Positions 40,405-52,118 of a DNA stretch of 64,000 bases are shown in pieces. Below the pieces are notes generated by a model. That model was not told where the DNA came from and did no database searches. It was given only the letters and a program-made list of their open reading frames with translations. Where the stretch lies: assembly GCA_040005235.1 (NCBI GenBank), contig JBDTZG010000021.1:1-64000 (forward strand), given 5' to 3'. This stretch comes from Acidobacteriota bacterium. GTDB taxonomy: Bacteria; Acidobacteriota; Thermoanaerobaculia; Multivoradales; UBA5704. The position numbers were made by a program, and so were the translations under genes. Within the stretch, counting starts at the first letter, position 1. Each line of letters opens with the position of its first letter.

Positions 40405-42228
40405 TCAGCGCCGCACGATCTTCCAAGTTCTCGTGGCCGAGTTGCCGACCAGGTCCTGCGCCTCGACTTCCAACAGAGCCGCGGCGTTCGAATCGGCGGG
40501 AGCCACCTTGGCCCGGTAGATCAGCTTGGCGATGCCACTGCCGAGATCGTCTCCGGTCACCCAGAGCAGACGATCACCGGTCAACGCATTGCCGTCGTCT
40601 CCGACGAGTTGCCAGCCCTGGCCGGCGAAGAAGACCTGTGGATGGTTCGCCGTGGCGGTGCTTTCCGACCAGACGCCATTGCTGGGCGCGGTCCGATCGC
40701 CCCAGACGAGGGGGAGCCAGCGCCGGCCGTCGGCCGACCAGACGATTGCGCCGCCGCGCTCCGGCTTCCAGTTGCTCGGGGTCCGCCGACGCCCCCGGTC
40801 GGGCTCACCGTGGTCGTCGTAGACGTTGGCGTCGACCGCCTGCGTGCGCAGAGTCGGCGCCTCGGCGTCGATCGTGAAGGCGAACGGCCCGACGGTCGTC
40901 GATTGGCCGCAACCGTCGGTGATCACCACCTCGGCGACCCGGGCACCCGGCGAGGGGGCGGTCCATGCCGACTCGCTGACTTCCTGGCCGTCGAGCCGGT
41001 AGGTCCGCTGCGCGACGCTGCAGGAGGTGCTCTCGTCCCGGATCTCCAACTTCGTGGCGCCGCTGCCGAACAGGACCTCGGCGACCCCGACCTGGACTCC
41101 GGCCAGGCCCAGACGGGCAGATGGCGGCGGCCCGGCCGCCACGGCCGGCGTGACTTCGACCGCCGACCCGGCGCTCGGATAGCCATCGAGCCCCGAGGCG
41201 CTACGCGCGGTCACCCGCCACATGAGCTTGCCGAGGGGCAACGCCGCGGCAGGCCGCCACGAGGCGACCTGAATGCCGGTCGCGCGATCGATCATTTCGC
41301 CGCAGGCCTTGTCGCGGCAGACTTCGACGACGTAGGTCGCCGCCCCCGGGACCTCTTCCCATTGCATCTTCGTTCGGTTGAGCGGCACTCTGGCATCGAC
41401 CTTCGGGGCGGTGAGCGCCGGAGCGGGGAGAAGCTTCTCCGGCGGACCGGGCGCAGCGCCCTCTTCGACCGACGTTCCCATTCCTTCCGCCACCGCGACC
41501 TGGGAGCCTCCCGAGGCGACCTCCCCCTGGCCGCCGTACATCATCACTTTGGCAGCCCCCTTTTCCGCCTTCCGTGCCCGCGCCTGGGAGACCCCTTTGG
41601 CGTTCGGCCGGGCCTTCGCGCTGGTGCCGCCGATCAGAATTTCGACCTCCGAGGCGCGCGAAGAGGCCGCCACGCCGCCGATTTCGAACTCCGCCTGCCC
41701 CTCGACGATCTCGACCGCCTTGCGCTCGACTCCGGAGAGGGCGCCTCCTGCCCGATGGAGGAAGACGAGCGAATCTTCGGTGACGCCGAGCCGTGTGCCG
41801 TCGGTGAAGCGCAGCTCCGCCGAGGACTTCGGGTAGGTCCGCATGCCGTCTTTTTCGACCAGCAAATCGCCGAGCTGCGCCTCGCCCCAAGGGATCGGAG
41901 CCGGTCGTTCGTCCACTCGTCGCGACAGGAGGGCCACCTGCGCCGCGGGCTCCGCCCGGGCGCCCGCGACGGCGATCCGGATGCGCTGGCCGGGCTCGAT
42001 CAGGTCGGGATTTGCGATGTTCTCGTTCAACTTGGCGAGCTGTTGCCAATAGCGGGCGTCGCCCAGGTAGCGCTGGGCCAAGTTATGCAGGGTCTCACCC
42101 GGCCGGACCACATGCCAACCCTTGCTCGATCCGGCTGGCAGAGCCGTTTGCCCGGCGGCCCATGTGGGGCCGACCAGGGCGAGCGAAGCGCCCACCAGTC
42201 CTCGAACCACGGCGCGTTGAAGAGTCAT
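40405..42228 (-). CDS. LysM + FecR-domain secreted protein
   Basis: HVVRPGETL..LA..YLG...W..L...N..I.NPDLI.PGQ; FecR-like SAELRF.DGT; Ig-like domains. Confidence 0.85.
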   Translation of the reverse strand: MTLQRAVVRGLVGASLALVGPTWAAGQTALPAGSSKGWHVVRPGETLHNLAQRYLGDARYWQQLAKLNENIANPDLIEPGQRIRIAVAGARAEPAAQVALLSRRVDERPAPIPWGEAQLGDLLVEKDGMRTYPKSSAELRFTDGTRLGVTEDSLVFLHRAGGALSGVERKAVEIVEGQAEFEIGGVAASSRASEVEILIGGTSAKARPNAKGVSQARARKAEKGAAKVMMYGGQGEVASGGSQVAVAEGMGTSVEEGAAPGPPEKLLPAPALTAPKVDARVPLNRTKMQWEEVPGAATYVVEVCRDKACGEMIDRATGIQVASWRPAAALPLGKLMWRVTARSASGLDGYPSAGSAVEVTPAVAAGPPPSARLGLAGVQVGVAEVLFGSGATKLEIRDESTSCSVAQRTYRLDGQEVSESAWTAPSPGARVAEVVITDGCGQSTTVGPFAFTIDAEAPTLRTQAVDANVYDDHGEPDRGRRRTPSNWKPERGGAIVWSADGRRWLPLVWGDRTAPSNGVWSESTATANHPQVFFAGQGWQLVGDDGNALTGDRLLWVTGDDLGSGIAKLIYRAKVAPADSNAAALLEVEAQDLVGNSATRTWKIVRR

Positions 42229-42417
42229 GTAGCGTCCTCCATCCTGGAATCAGAATCGTCACCGCAATGCTGCCGCGGATTGTTTGGATACCGGCGAGTC
42301 TATCCGGCATTTTGCCTTGCGCAATGCGTAGAACATGCCAGAAGAGCCAAGATGCCCGGGCGTTGTGACCGGTGCCACGAATTCGGCCCCCGTGCGGTGT
42401 CCGCCCCCCTGGGTTAG

Positions 42418-44295
<1,878 letters not shown>

Positions 44296-44298
44296 CAC

Positions 44299-44357
44299 TT
44301 TGGAGTGCGGCGCCACGTCGCCGCGATCAAAGCGCCGACTCGTCGGCGCACTCCAAA
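44299..44357. repeat. GGAGTGCG-type REP palindrome pair
   Basis: tttggagtgcg...cgcactccaaa with internal hairpins; overlaps the stop of the convergent gene. Confidence 0.75.
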
Positions 44358-45358
44358 CGGGAAGGCCCGGCTTTTACTTTTCTCCGCATCACCAGAGCGA
44401 TCCCTATTCCAAGCATCGGAACCAGCACCCAGCTCCCCTCCGGGCCGTAACTGCCGCCGGTCCAGGCTTCCGGGCCGGTCAATCGGGCGTTGAACAGGCG
44501 AAAGATCTCGATTCCTGACACCGGCAGCGAGAGCAGGCCTCCGATCGCGAAGTTCCAGACTCCGTGGACCCAGGTCGGCGCCCAAAGGCTGTCGGTTCGC
44601 TCGAACAGGGCGCAGAGCAGGACTCCGGCGAGAAAGGTGTTGAGGCCGCCCGCCAAGGTAAAGCCTGGATTTCCGGCATGGGCCAGCGCGAACAGACCGG
44701 AGCTGACGATCGCCGCGGCGGCGGGGGAGAGGGCGCGGCGGAGCAGGCCGTAGAAACCGCCGCGCAGGACCAGCTCTTCGAGCCCGCCTTGGATCAGGAA
44801 GGCGCCGAACAACAGGGCGAGCGCGCCTAAGTCGTGCGCCTCGAATCCGCCGGGGGCGACCGCGGGGCTCCAGCCGAGGATCGAAAAGCGCCCTTCGATC
44901 TCCGCGCCGCCGAGCCAGAGGGCAAGAAAGGCGAGGGTTGCGAGGCTCGACAGCACCGCTTGTCGGGCGATCGGGGGGCGGCCCGCGGCGGAGGTTTGGG
45001 GCCAGCCGAGCCCCAGAGCGGCCGGTGGGCGCCGATCGATCCAGCGGGAATAGAACAGCGCGTAACCGACGATGAACGGCAGGCAGGCCACGCGGCTGAG
45101 CAGCAGGCGGTCGCCCTCCATCGGGAAGAAGTCCGCCATGGCCTCCACCCAGCGGCGGAAGGTGTACCAGAGGAGAATCTCGACCGCGATGTAGCCCAGC
45201 AGGAAGAGCGCGGCGAGGCCGATCGCTTGAATTCGCGGATGCCCTTGCCAGAACGGGAGCTGTGGGGCGACCGGTTCAGGGGAAAACGGAACGAGCGAAA
45301 GCCTTTCGACGACGAGCGCCGGTTCGTCGGAAGCCGGCGGCGAGGGCATGTCTTCCAT
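44327..45358 (-). CDS. CPBP (CAAX protease/Abi) intramembrane metalloprotease
   Basis: EELVLRG, FALAH, HGVWN motifs. Confidence 0.9.
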   Translation of the reverse strand: MEDMPSPPASDEPALVVERLSLVPFSPEPVAPQLPFWQGHPRIQAIGLAALFLLGYIAVEILLWYTFRRWVEAMADFFPMEGDRLLLSRVACLPFIVGYALFYSRWIDRRPPAALGLGWPQTSAAGRPPIARQAVLSSLATLAFLALWLGGAEIEGRFSILGWSPAVAPGGFEAHDLGALALLFGAFLIQGGLEELVLRGGFYGLLRRALSPAAAAIVSSGLFALAHAGNPGFTLAGGLNTFLAGVLLCALFERTDSLWAPTWVHGVWNFAIGGLLSLPVSGIEIFRLFNARLTGPEAWTGGSYGPEGSWVLVPMLGIGIALVMRRKVKAGPSRLECADESAL

Positions 45359-45490
45359 TGCGGGCGATTCTCTCCCGGATTGCCTCGCTCCGGCGTTCGG
45401 GGTCTCGTCTGGACGGTTTTCCGACACTCTAGGAGGGTGTCGGCGGTATCTTGGCCGGCAGGATCTTCCGTTTCTTCTTCGAGGTGCCGC

Positions 45491-46363
45491 ATGGAAATCA
45501 AAACGGTCGGCGTGGTCGGTGCCGGCGTGATGGGGGTTGGGGTCGCCCAAAATCTCGCCCAGACGGGGCATCGGGCACTCCTGGTCGACGTGAGCGACGA
45601 GATTCTGGACCGGGCGCGCGGTGCGATCCGCCAGGGGCTCCGTTTCGGCCAGATGTTCGACAAGAGCGGCGCCGCGGCGCCGCGGGAGAAAGCGGCCGAC
45701 GTGCTGGCGCGGATTTCGTTCTCGACCGATCTCGACACCCTGGCCGAGGCCGATTTCGTGGTCGAGAACGTGATCGAGAAGTGGCCGATCAAAGAGCCGA
45801 TCTACCGCCGGTTGGACCAGATCTGCCGCCCAGAGATCTGTTTTGCAGCGAACACCTCGGTCATCTCGATCACCAAGATCGGTGGCGCCACGAACCGGCC
45901 GGACAAAGTGCTCGGGATGCACTTCATGAATCCGGTGCCGCAGAAAGATACGGTCGAGGTGATCCGCGGCCACCATACGAGCGAGGAGACGCTCGGCGTC
46001 GCTCGTAAGTTCCTCGCCCAGATGGGCAAAGAGGGGATCGTGGTCAACGACGCCCCGGGTTTCGTCTCCAACCGGGTTCTGATGCTCACCGTGAACGAGG
46101 CGATCTTCCTGGTGCAGGACGGGGTGGCTCCCGTCGAAGACGTCGACCGGCTGTTCAAGAGCTGCTTCGGCCACAAGATGGGGCCGCTCGAAACCGCGGA
46201 CCTGATCGGATTGGATACCATCCTCTACTCAATCGAGGGGCTCTACGAGCAGTTCGCCGACAGCAAGTTCCGTCCCTGCCCGCTGCTGCGCAAAATGGTC
46301 GACGCGGGGCTCCACGGCAGGAAGAGCGGCAAGGGTTTCTACGACTACGGCACGGGGAGCTAG
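45491..46363 (+). CDS. 3-hydroxyacyl-CoA dehydrogenase family, FkbK/ZmaG-like
   Basis: GAGVMG, NTS, GMHFMNPV, GFVSNR, MGPLETADLIGLD; gene context. Confidence 0.88.
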   Translation: MEIKTVGVVGAGVMGVGVAQNLAQTGHRALLVDVSDEILDRARGAIRQGLRFGQMFDKSGAAAPREKAADVLARISFSTDLDTLAEADFVVENVIEKWPIKEPIYRRLDQICRPEICFAANTSVISITKIGGATNRPDKVLGMHFMNPVPQKDTVEVIRGHHTSEETLGVARKFLAQMGKEGIVVNDAPGFVSNRVLMLTVNEAIFLVQDGVAPVEDVDRLFKSCFGHKMGPLETADLIGLDTILYSIEGLYEQFADSKFRPCPLLRKMVDAGLHGRKSGKGFYDYGTGS

Positions 46364-46370
46364 AGGCGAG

Positions 46371-46610
46371 ATGGACGAGACGCAAACCAAAATCAAAGAA
46401 TTCCTGTCGCGGTTCTTCAAGAACCACGATCTTCAACCGGGCGAAGACATCTTCTCGCTCGGGTTCGTCAACTCGCTGCTCGCGATGCAGCTGGTTGCCT
46501 TCGTCGAGAAAGAGTTCGGATGTACGGTCGAGGACGAAGATTTGGATCTCGACAACTTCCGTTCGATCGATGCGATTTCCGCGCTGATCGCAAAGAAGCG
46601 CGGCGCGTGA
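46371..46610 (+). CDS. acyl carrier protein, FkbJ/ZmaD-like
   Basis: GFVNSLLAMQLV.F.EKEF; DNFRS. Confidence 0.9.
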   Translation: MDETQTKIKEFLSRFFKNHDLQPGEDIFSLGFVNSLLAMQLVAFVEKEFGCTVEDEDLDLDNFRSIDAISALIAKKRGA

Positions 46611-47740
46611 ATCTCGATCTCACCCCCGAGCAGCGGGCGGCGCGCGAACGGTTCCGGGCTTTCGCGAACGAACGGATCGTGCCGTTCGCCGACGCTTGGG
46701 ACCGGCAAGAGGCGATTCCGCGCGAGCTGATCGCGGCGCTCGCGGCACAAGGCTGGCTCGGCTCCCTGCTTCCGCCGGAAGTCGGCGGCGCGGGGCTCGA
46801 TCGAATCACCTACGGCCTGTTGATCGAAGAGATCGGCCGTGCCTGCTCGTCCACCCGATCGCTCCTCACGGTCCACGACATGGTCGGTCATGCCGTTCGC
46901 CGATGGGGAAAGCCTGAGGTCAAAGAGCGTCACCTTTCAGCTCTTGCTAAGGGTGAGCGGATCGGCGCGCTCGCGCTGTCGGAACCGAACGTCGGCAGCG
47001 ACGCGGCCTCGATCGAGACCCGGGCGGTCGAAGACGGCGAAGGTTTCGTGCTTTTCGGCCGCAAGAAGTGGACGACGTTCGGCCAGATCGCCGATCTGTT
47101 CCTGGTCTTCGCCAAAGTCGCCGGCCAGCCCGCGGCTTTCCTGGTCGAGCGGAACGCGCCGGGTCTTTCCGTCGTGCCGATCCATGGCATGCACGGCACC
47201 CGCGCCGCAATGCTCGCGGAGCTTCATTTGGACGGTTGTCGCGTTCCGCGCGCCGCGATGCTCGGCCGGCCCGGATTCGGCATTTCGCACGTGGCGGCGA
47301 CCGCCCTGGAGCTGGGCCGCTACAGCGTCGCCTGGGGCTCCGTCGGCATTCTCCAAGCGTGCCTGGAGGCGTCGCAAAAATACGCCGCGGAGCGGGTGCA
47401 ATTCGGCGCGTCTCTGATCGAGCATCCGCTGATCCGCTCGATGCTCGCCGAGATGATCGCCAACGTCCGTGCGGGCCGGCTGCTCTGCCTGCGGGCTGGA
47501 TTCCTTCAAGAGCGGAGCGATCCGGCGGCGTTTGCCGAGACGATGCTCGCCAAGTACTTCTGTTCGGTCGCGGCAGCCAAAGCGGCGAGCGACGCGGTGC
47601 AGATCCAAGGGGCGAATGGCTGCGCCCCGGATTCTCCCGTCGCCCGCTATCTGCGCGACTCGAAAGTGATGGAAATCATCGAAGGCTCGACCCAGATTCA
47701 ACAGCTCGCGATTCCCCGATTCGACTTCCCGGAGCTTTGA
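46607..47740 (+). CDS. acyl-ACP dehydrogenase, FkbI/ZmaE-like
   Basis: ALSEP..GSD, KKW.TFG, R.QFG, QI.GANG, MEIIEGSTQIQ. Confidence 0.9.
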   Translation: MNLDLTPEQRAARERFRAFANERIVPFADAWDRQEAIPRELIAALAAQGWLGSLLPPEVGGAGLDRITYGLLIEEIGRACSSTRSLLTVHDMVGHAVRRWGKPEVKERHLSALAKGERIGALALSEPNVGSDAASIETRAVEDGEGFVLFGRKKWTTFGQIADLFLVFAKVAGQPAAFLVERNAPGLSVVPIHGMHGTRAAMLAELHLDGCRVPRAAMLGRPGFGISHVAATALELGRYSVAWGSVGILQACLEASQKYAAERVQFGASLIEHPLIRSMLAEMIANVRAGRLLCLRAGFLQERSDPAAFAETMLAKYFCSVAAAKAASDAVQIQGANGCAPDSPVARYLRDSKVMEIIEGSTQIQQLAIPRFDFPEL

Positions 47741-47742
47741 GC

Positions 47743-48789
47743 ATGGGCAAACCAGGCTCGATTAAGTGCGTGATCTGGGATCTCGACCATACGGTCTGGG
47801 ACGGCATTCTGCTTGAAGATGCAGACGTCCAGGTCAGGCCCGGAGTGCGAGAAGCGATCGAGACGCTCGACGGGCGCGGCATCCTTCATTCGATCGCCAG
47901 CCGCAACGATCGCGCGACGGCGCTCAGAAAGCTTCGCGAGGTGGGCCTCGAAGAGTACTTTCTCTATCCGCAGATCCACTGGAATCCGAAAAGCGGCTCG
48001 GTCGAGCAGATCGCCAAGGATCTGAACCTGGCGCTCGACGCCTTCGCCTTCATCGACGATCAGCCCCACGAGCGCGACGAGGTGGCGTTTTCGCTGCCGC
48101 AGGTGCTCTGCGTCGACGCCGCGGACGTTCTCCGCTTGGCAGACATGCCGGAGCTGACCCCCCGGTTCATCACCGAGGATTCCCGCCAGCGCCGCCGGAT
48201 GTATCAGGCCGACATCGAGCGGAACCAGGCGGAAGGGGAGTACGTCGGAGCCAAAGAGGAATTCCTCGCCACCCTGGGGATGAAGTTCGGAATAGTCCCC
48301 GCGCGCGAGGAAGACTTGAAGCGTGCCGAAGAGCTAACCGTCCGCACCCATCAGCTCAATACCACGGGCTATACCTACAACTACGACGAGCTGGACGCCT
48401 TTCGCCGCTCGCCCGATCACCTGCTGCTGGTCGCGAGCCTGGTGGACAAATACGGCACCTACGGCAAAATCGGCCTCGCCCTCCTGGAGCTGGGCACGGA
48501 AGCCGACCGCAGCTTCTGGACCGTCAAGCTGCTCTTGATGTCCTGCCGCGTCATGTCCAAAGGCGTGGGCACCATCCTGGTCCACCACATCCTCGATCGA
48601 GCCCGCCGCTCCGGGGTTCGCCTGCGCGCCGAATTCGTCAGCAACGACCGCAACCGGATGATGCTCGTCACCTACAAATTCGCCGGCTTCAAGCAGATTG
48701 AGCGCCGCGGCGAGGTAGCCGTCCTCGAAAACGACCTCTCGAGCATCCAGCCGTTTCCGCCCTACGTCGAGGTCGAGATCGAGGGGTAG
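47743..48789 (+). CDS. FkbH/ZmaN glyceryl-ACP synthase (HAD-IIIC + GNAT-like)
   Basis: WDLDHTVW.G, SIASRN, FIDD...ER.EV, RTHQLN, LMSCRV. Confidence 0.93.
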   Translation: MGKPGSIKCVIWDLDHTVWDGILLEDADVQVRPGVREAIETLDGRGILHSIASRNDRATALRKLREVGLEEYFLYPQIHWNPKSGSVEQIAKDLNLALDAFAFIDDQPHERDEVAFSLPQVLCVDAADVLRLADMPELTPRFITEDSRQRRRMYQADIERNQAEGEYVGAKEEFLATLGMKFGIVPAREEDLKRAEELTVRTHQLNTTGYTYNYDELDAFRRSPDHLLLVASLVDKYGTYGKIGLALLELGTEADRSFWTVKLLLMSCRVMSKGVGTILVHHILDRARRSGVRLRAEFVSNDRNRMMLVTYKFAGFKQIERRGEVAVLENDLSSIQPFPPYVEVEIEG

Positions 48790-48880
48790 AGAGAGGAGCG
48801 GCCGGCTTCGGGATCGGATATCCTGTTTTTCCCCAGACTAAGTCGTTGCCGGGCTGTGGGATCGCGTTCGGAGAGCATGG

Positions 48881-50170
48881 ATGTTCGATTCGAAAGAAGA
48901 GCTTCTGGAAAAGATCCGGTTGGGTGAGGACAACCTCCTCGAGCTTAAATCGGTTCGGTTCGCGGGCAACAAGGTCAAGGGACCGGCGCGCGACGATCTC
49001 GCCGACGAGATTGCGGCGATTGCCAACACACGAGACGGCGTTCTAGTGCTAGGTGTCGATGACAAGAGCCGGGAGATCGAAGGAATTCCGATCGAGAAGC
49101 TCGACTCTGTCGAGGCATTGGTGCGGGACGTGGTCCGCGACAGCATCACGCCGCCGGTCAATGCGTTCATCATCCGCATGACCTTGCCGGATACCGCAGG
49201 TACCGAGCAAGCGATCCTTAGAGTCGACATTCCGAGGAGTCTTTTCGTTCACCAGAGCCCTGGCGGTTACTGCCATCGCGTGGGGAGCTCAAAGCGGCCC
49301 CTCCGCCCGGAAGTCTTGGCGCGGCTATTCCAGCAGCGGAGCCAGACCCGGATCATCCGTTTCGATGAACAGGCGGTTTCGGGAGCGACGCTCGATGATC
49401 TCGACGCTGCGCTCTGGGAGCGATTCCGGACCTCGCGGACACAGGGGGATCGAGAGGAATTCCTTGAGAAGCAGGGCATGGCGCGACGCGATGAAGATGG
49501 TGTTTGGAGGCCGACGGTGGCGGGAGTCCTTCTTGCGAGTCGCGCGCCTCGCCAATTCCTCCCGAACGCCTTCGTTCAAGCGGTTGCGTACGCGGGAACC
49601 ACTTCCGTGCCCGTCAGCGCCGGAAGCCCTTATCAAATCGACGCCAAAGACTTTGCGGGACCGCTCGACGAGCAGATTATTGAGGCCTGCCGGTTCGTCG
49701 CGCGGAATTCACGGGTCGCGGCGCGCAAGGACGGCGGACGGATCGACCTGCCCGCCTTCGATTCTTCGAGCGTGCTTGAGGCCGTGGTCAATGCGGTTGC
49801 ACATCGCGACTATTCGATCTACGGCTCCAAGATCCGCTTGCGCCTCTACGAAAATCGAATGGTTCTCTACTCGCCGGGAAGTCTACCGAACACCATGGCC
49901 GTCGAAGGCATGCGCTATCGGCAGTCGGCGCGCAATGAAGTGATCACCAGTCTTCTCGCTCGGTGCCCGGTTCCAGACGATCCCTGGTTCCAAACCGATC
50001 GTAAGACCTTGATGGATCGCCGTGGCGAGGGCGTACCGATCATCCTCGACCGCAGCGAGGCGATCTCGGGTCGACGGCCCGAGTATCGCCTGATCGACGA
50101 TGCAGAGCTGGAGCTGACTATCTACGCGGCCAATCCCTTTGCGGCACCTTCTCCGGCCATGAAGGTCTGA
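48881..50170 (+). CDS. AlbA_2/Schlafen-like + HATPase_c_4 (RecG C-terminal-like) protein
   Basis: GE...ELK, AIANT.DG.LVLGV.D, EAVVNAVAHRDYS, SPG, RN, GEG. Confidence 0.85.
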   Translation: MFDSKEELLEKIRLGEDNLLELKSVRFAGNKVKGPARDDLADEIAAIANTRDGVLVLGVDDKSREIEGIPIEKLDSVEALVRDVVRDSITPPVNAFIIRMTLPDTAGTEQAILRVDIPRSLFVHQSPGGYCHRVGSSKRPLRPEVLARLFQQRSQTRIIRFDEQAVSGATLDDLDAALWERFRTSRTQGDREEFLEKQGMARRDEDGVWRPTVAGVLLASRAPRQFLPNAFVQAVAYAGTTSVPVSAGSPYQIDAKDFAGPLDEQIIEACRFVARNSRVAARKDGGRIDLPAFDSSSVLEAVVNAVAHRDYSIYGSKIRLRLYENRMVLYSPGSLPNTMAVEGMRYRQSARNEVITSLLARCPVPDDPWFQTDRKTLMDRRGEGVPIILDRSEAISGRRPEYRLIDDAELELTIYAANPFAAPSPAMKV

Positions 50171-50178
50171 GGAAGCTT

Positions 50179-52086
50179 CTAGTCCGCCCGCACCACCAGC
50201 ACCGGGATCTTCACCCGGTGGCGAACCGGTTCGACCGTCGAGCCGAAGAAGATGTCGCCGATCAGGCGGTGGCCGTGGGAGCCCATGATGAGCAGATTTA
50301 CGCCTTCTTCTTCCACCGCTTTCGGGATCTGGACTACCGGATCGCCGTAGAGCAGCCGAACGCGGGCCGGGACGCCGAGCTTTTCGACCGCCAGGCGCGC
50401 CCGTTCAAGGTACTTGGCGTCGTCGCGGGTCTCTTCATCGGTCGATTCGCCGCCGAAATAGCGCGGGCCAAAACCTTCGGCGACGTGGAGCAGCAGCAGC
50501 TCCGCCTTTTGCGCCCGGGCGAGCGAGAGACCATGGTCGAGGATCCCTTGATCGTGGCTGTCGACCGCGAGGGCGACCGCGATGCTCTTGTAGCCGAGGT
50601 TTTCACGCAGCACTGGCGCTTGGGGCACGATCGCCTCGGCGCGGCCGATGCGCCGGAGCTTCTTTAAGGAAGGATGGAGCGCGACGTAGAGCAGCAGCAG
50701 TCCGATCGCGACGAGGCCGGCGATCACAACGATCCGGACCAGGGGATTGACTCCGGCGCCGAGCCATTCACCGGTCACTCCGATCACCAGCTGGATGTTC
50801 AGGCCGATGATGATCAGCGCGGTCAGCCAGGCGAGGATCTTCATCCAGACCTTGTTGGCGAACTCGCCCATCCGGCGTTTGTCGCTGGTCAGCTGAACCA
50901 GCGGAATCACCGCGAACGGCAGCTGCATCGACAAGATCACCTGGGAGAAGATCAACAGCTTGTAGGTGGCGTGGTCGCCGAGCACCGCGATGGTGATCAC
51001 CGCCGGGATCAGCGCGAGGCCGCGGGTGAGCAGGCGGCGCAGCCAGGGGCGCATGCGGAAGTCGAGGAATCCTTCCATCACGACCTGGCCGGCGAGCGTG
51101 CCGGTGAGCGTCGAGCTCTGGCCCGCGACCAGCAGGGCGATGGCGAACGCGGTGCTCGCGACCGCAGTGCCGAGGAGCGGCGCCAGCAGCTTGTGGGCTT
51201 GGCCCAACTCGGTCACCACGACGCCGTTCCGGTGGAAGGCGGAGGCGGCGAGGACGAGAATCGCGGCGTTGACGAAGAACGCGCAATTGAGCGCCACGGC
51301 CGAATCGATGAAGTTGTAACGGTTCGCCTGGCGTTTGCCTTCCACGGTACGCGGCACCTGGCGGGTCTGCACCAGCGCGGAATGGAGATAAAGATTGTGC
51401 GGCATGACGGTTGCGCCGAGCATGCCGATCGCGATGTAGAGCGCCTCGGTCGACTGGAGATGCGGCCGGAAGCCGGCAAACAGCGGCGCCCAATCAGGTC
51501 TAGCAAGGAAGATCTCGAGGATGTAGCAGCCGCCGATCGTGGCGACGAGGATCAGGATGAACGCCTCCATCTTGCGAATGCCGAGCCGCTGCATGGCGAG
51601 CAGCAGGAAGACGTCGAAAGCGGTGATCAGCACGCCGGTCATCAGGTCGATGCCGAACAGCAGCTGAAGTCCGATCGCCGTGCCGAGCACCTCGGCGAGA
51701 TCGCAGGCGCCGATCGCAAGCTCGCAGAGTAGCCAAAGTGCCAAGGCCACCGGTTTGGGATAGGCGTCGCGGCAGCCCTGGGCGAGGTCGCGGCCGGTGA
51801 CGATGCCGAGACGGGCCGAGAGCGTCTGGAGCAGGACCGCCATCAGATTCGACATCAACAATACCCAGATCAGTTGATAGGCGAATCGCGATCCCCCTTC
51901 GATGTCGGTCGCCCAGTTGCCCGGGTCCATGTAGCCGACGCTCACCATGTAGGCCGGGCCGGAGAACGCCAGGAGGCGCCGCCAGAAACCGGGGCTCTTG
52001 GGAAGGCTCACGCTCCGATGGACTTCCTGCAGCGATTGAGAGCCCCCAGGAGGCGGGGCGGTGGGCAGCGGATCTCGGAAAGTCAT
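50179..52086 (-). CDS. mntH: Nramp Mn2+/Fe2+ transporter fused to a USP domain
   Basis: GYMDPGNWATD, GATVMPHNLYLHS; C-terminal LLHVAE...MGSHGH...FGST. Confidence 0.95.
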   Translation of the reverse strand: MTFRDPLPTAPPPGGSQSLQEVHRSVSLPKSPGFWRRLLAFSGPAYMVSVGYMDPGNWATDIEGGSRFAYQLIWVLLMSNLMAVLLQTLSARLGIVTGRDLAQGCRDAYPKPVALALWLLCELAIGACDLAEVLGTAIGLQLLFGIDLMTGVLITAFDVFLLLAMQRLGIRKMEAFILILVATIGGCYILEIFLARPDWAPLFAGFRPHLQSTEALYIAIGMLGATVMPHNLYLHSALVQTRQVPRTVEGKRQANRYNFIDSAVALNCAFFVNAAILVLAASAFHRNGVVVTELGQAHKLLAPLLGTAVASTAFAIALLVAGQSSTLTGTLAGQVVMEGFLDFRMRPWLRRLLTRGLALIPAVITIAVLGDHATYKLLIFSQVILSMQLPFAVIPLVQLTSDKRRMGEFANKVWMKILAWLTALIIIGLNIQLVIGVTGEWLGAGVNPLVRIVVIAGLVAIGLLLLYVALHPSLKKLRRIGRAEAIVPQAPVLRENLGYKSIAVALAVDSHDQGILDHGLSLARAQKAELLLLHVAEGFGPRYFGGESTDEETRDDAKYLERARLAVEKLGVPARVRLLYGDPVVQIPKAVEEEGVNLLIMGSHGHRLIGDIFFGSTVEPVRHRVKIPVLVVRAD

Positions 52087-52102
52087 GAAAATCCCTCGGA
52101 GT

Positions 52103-52118
52103 TTTTGAGTGCCCAAAA
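52103..52118. promoter_or_regulatory. palindromic operator, DtxR/MntR-like
   Basis: TTTTG-agtgcc-CAAAA about 17 nt upstream of the mntH ATG. Confidence 0.55.

Noticed and set aside
44327-45358. CPBP protein as immunity gene for the Fkb cassette or the RiPP
   Set aside because: Only proximity supports it; CPBP genes are common and usually unrelated to such clusters.
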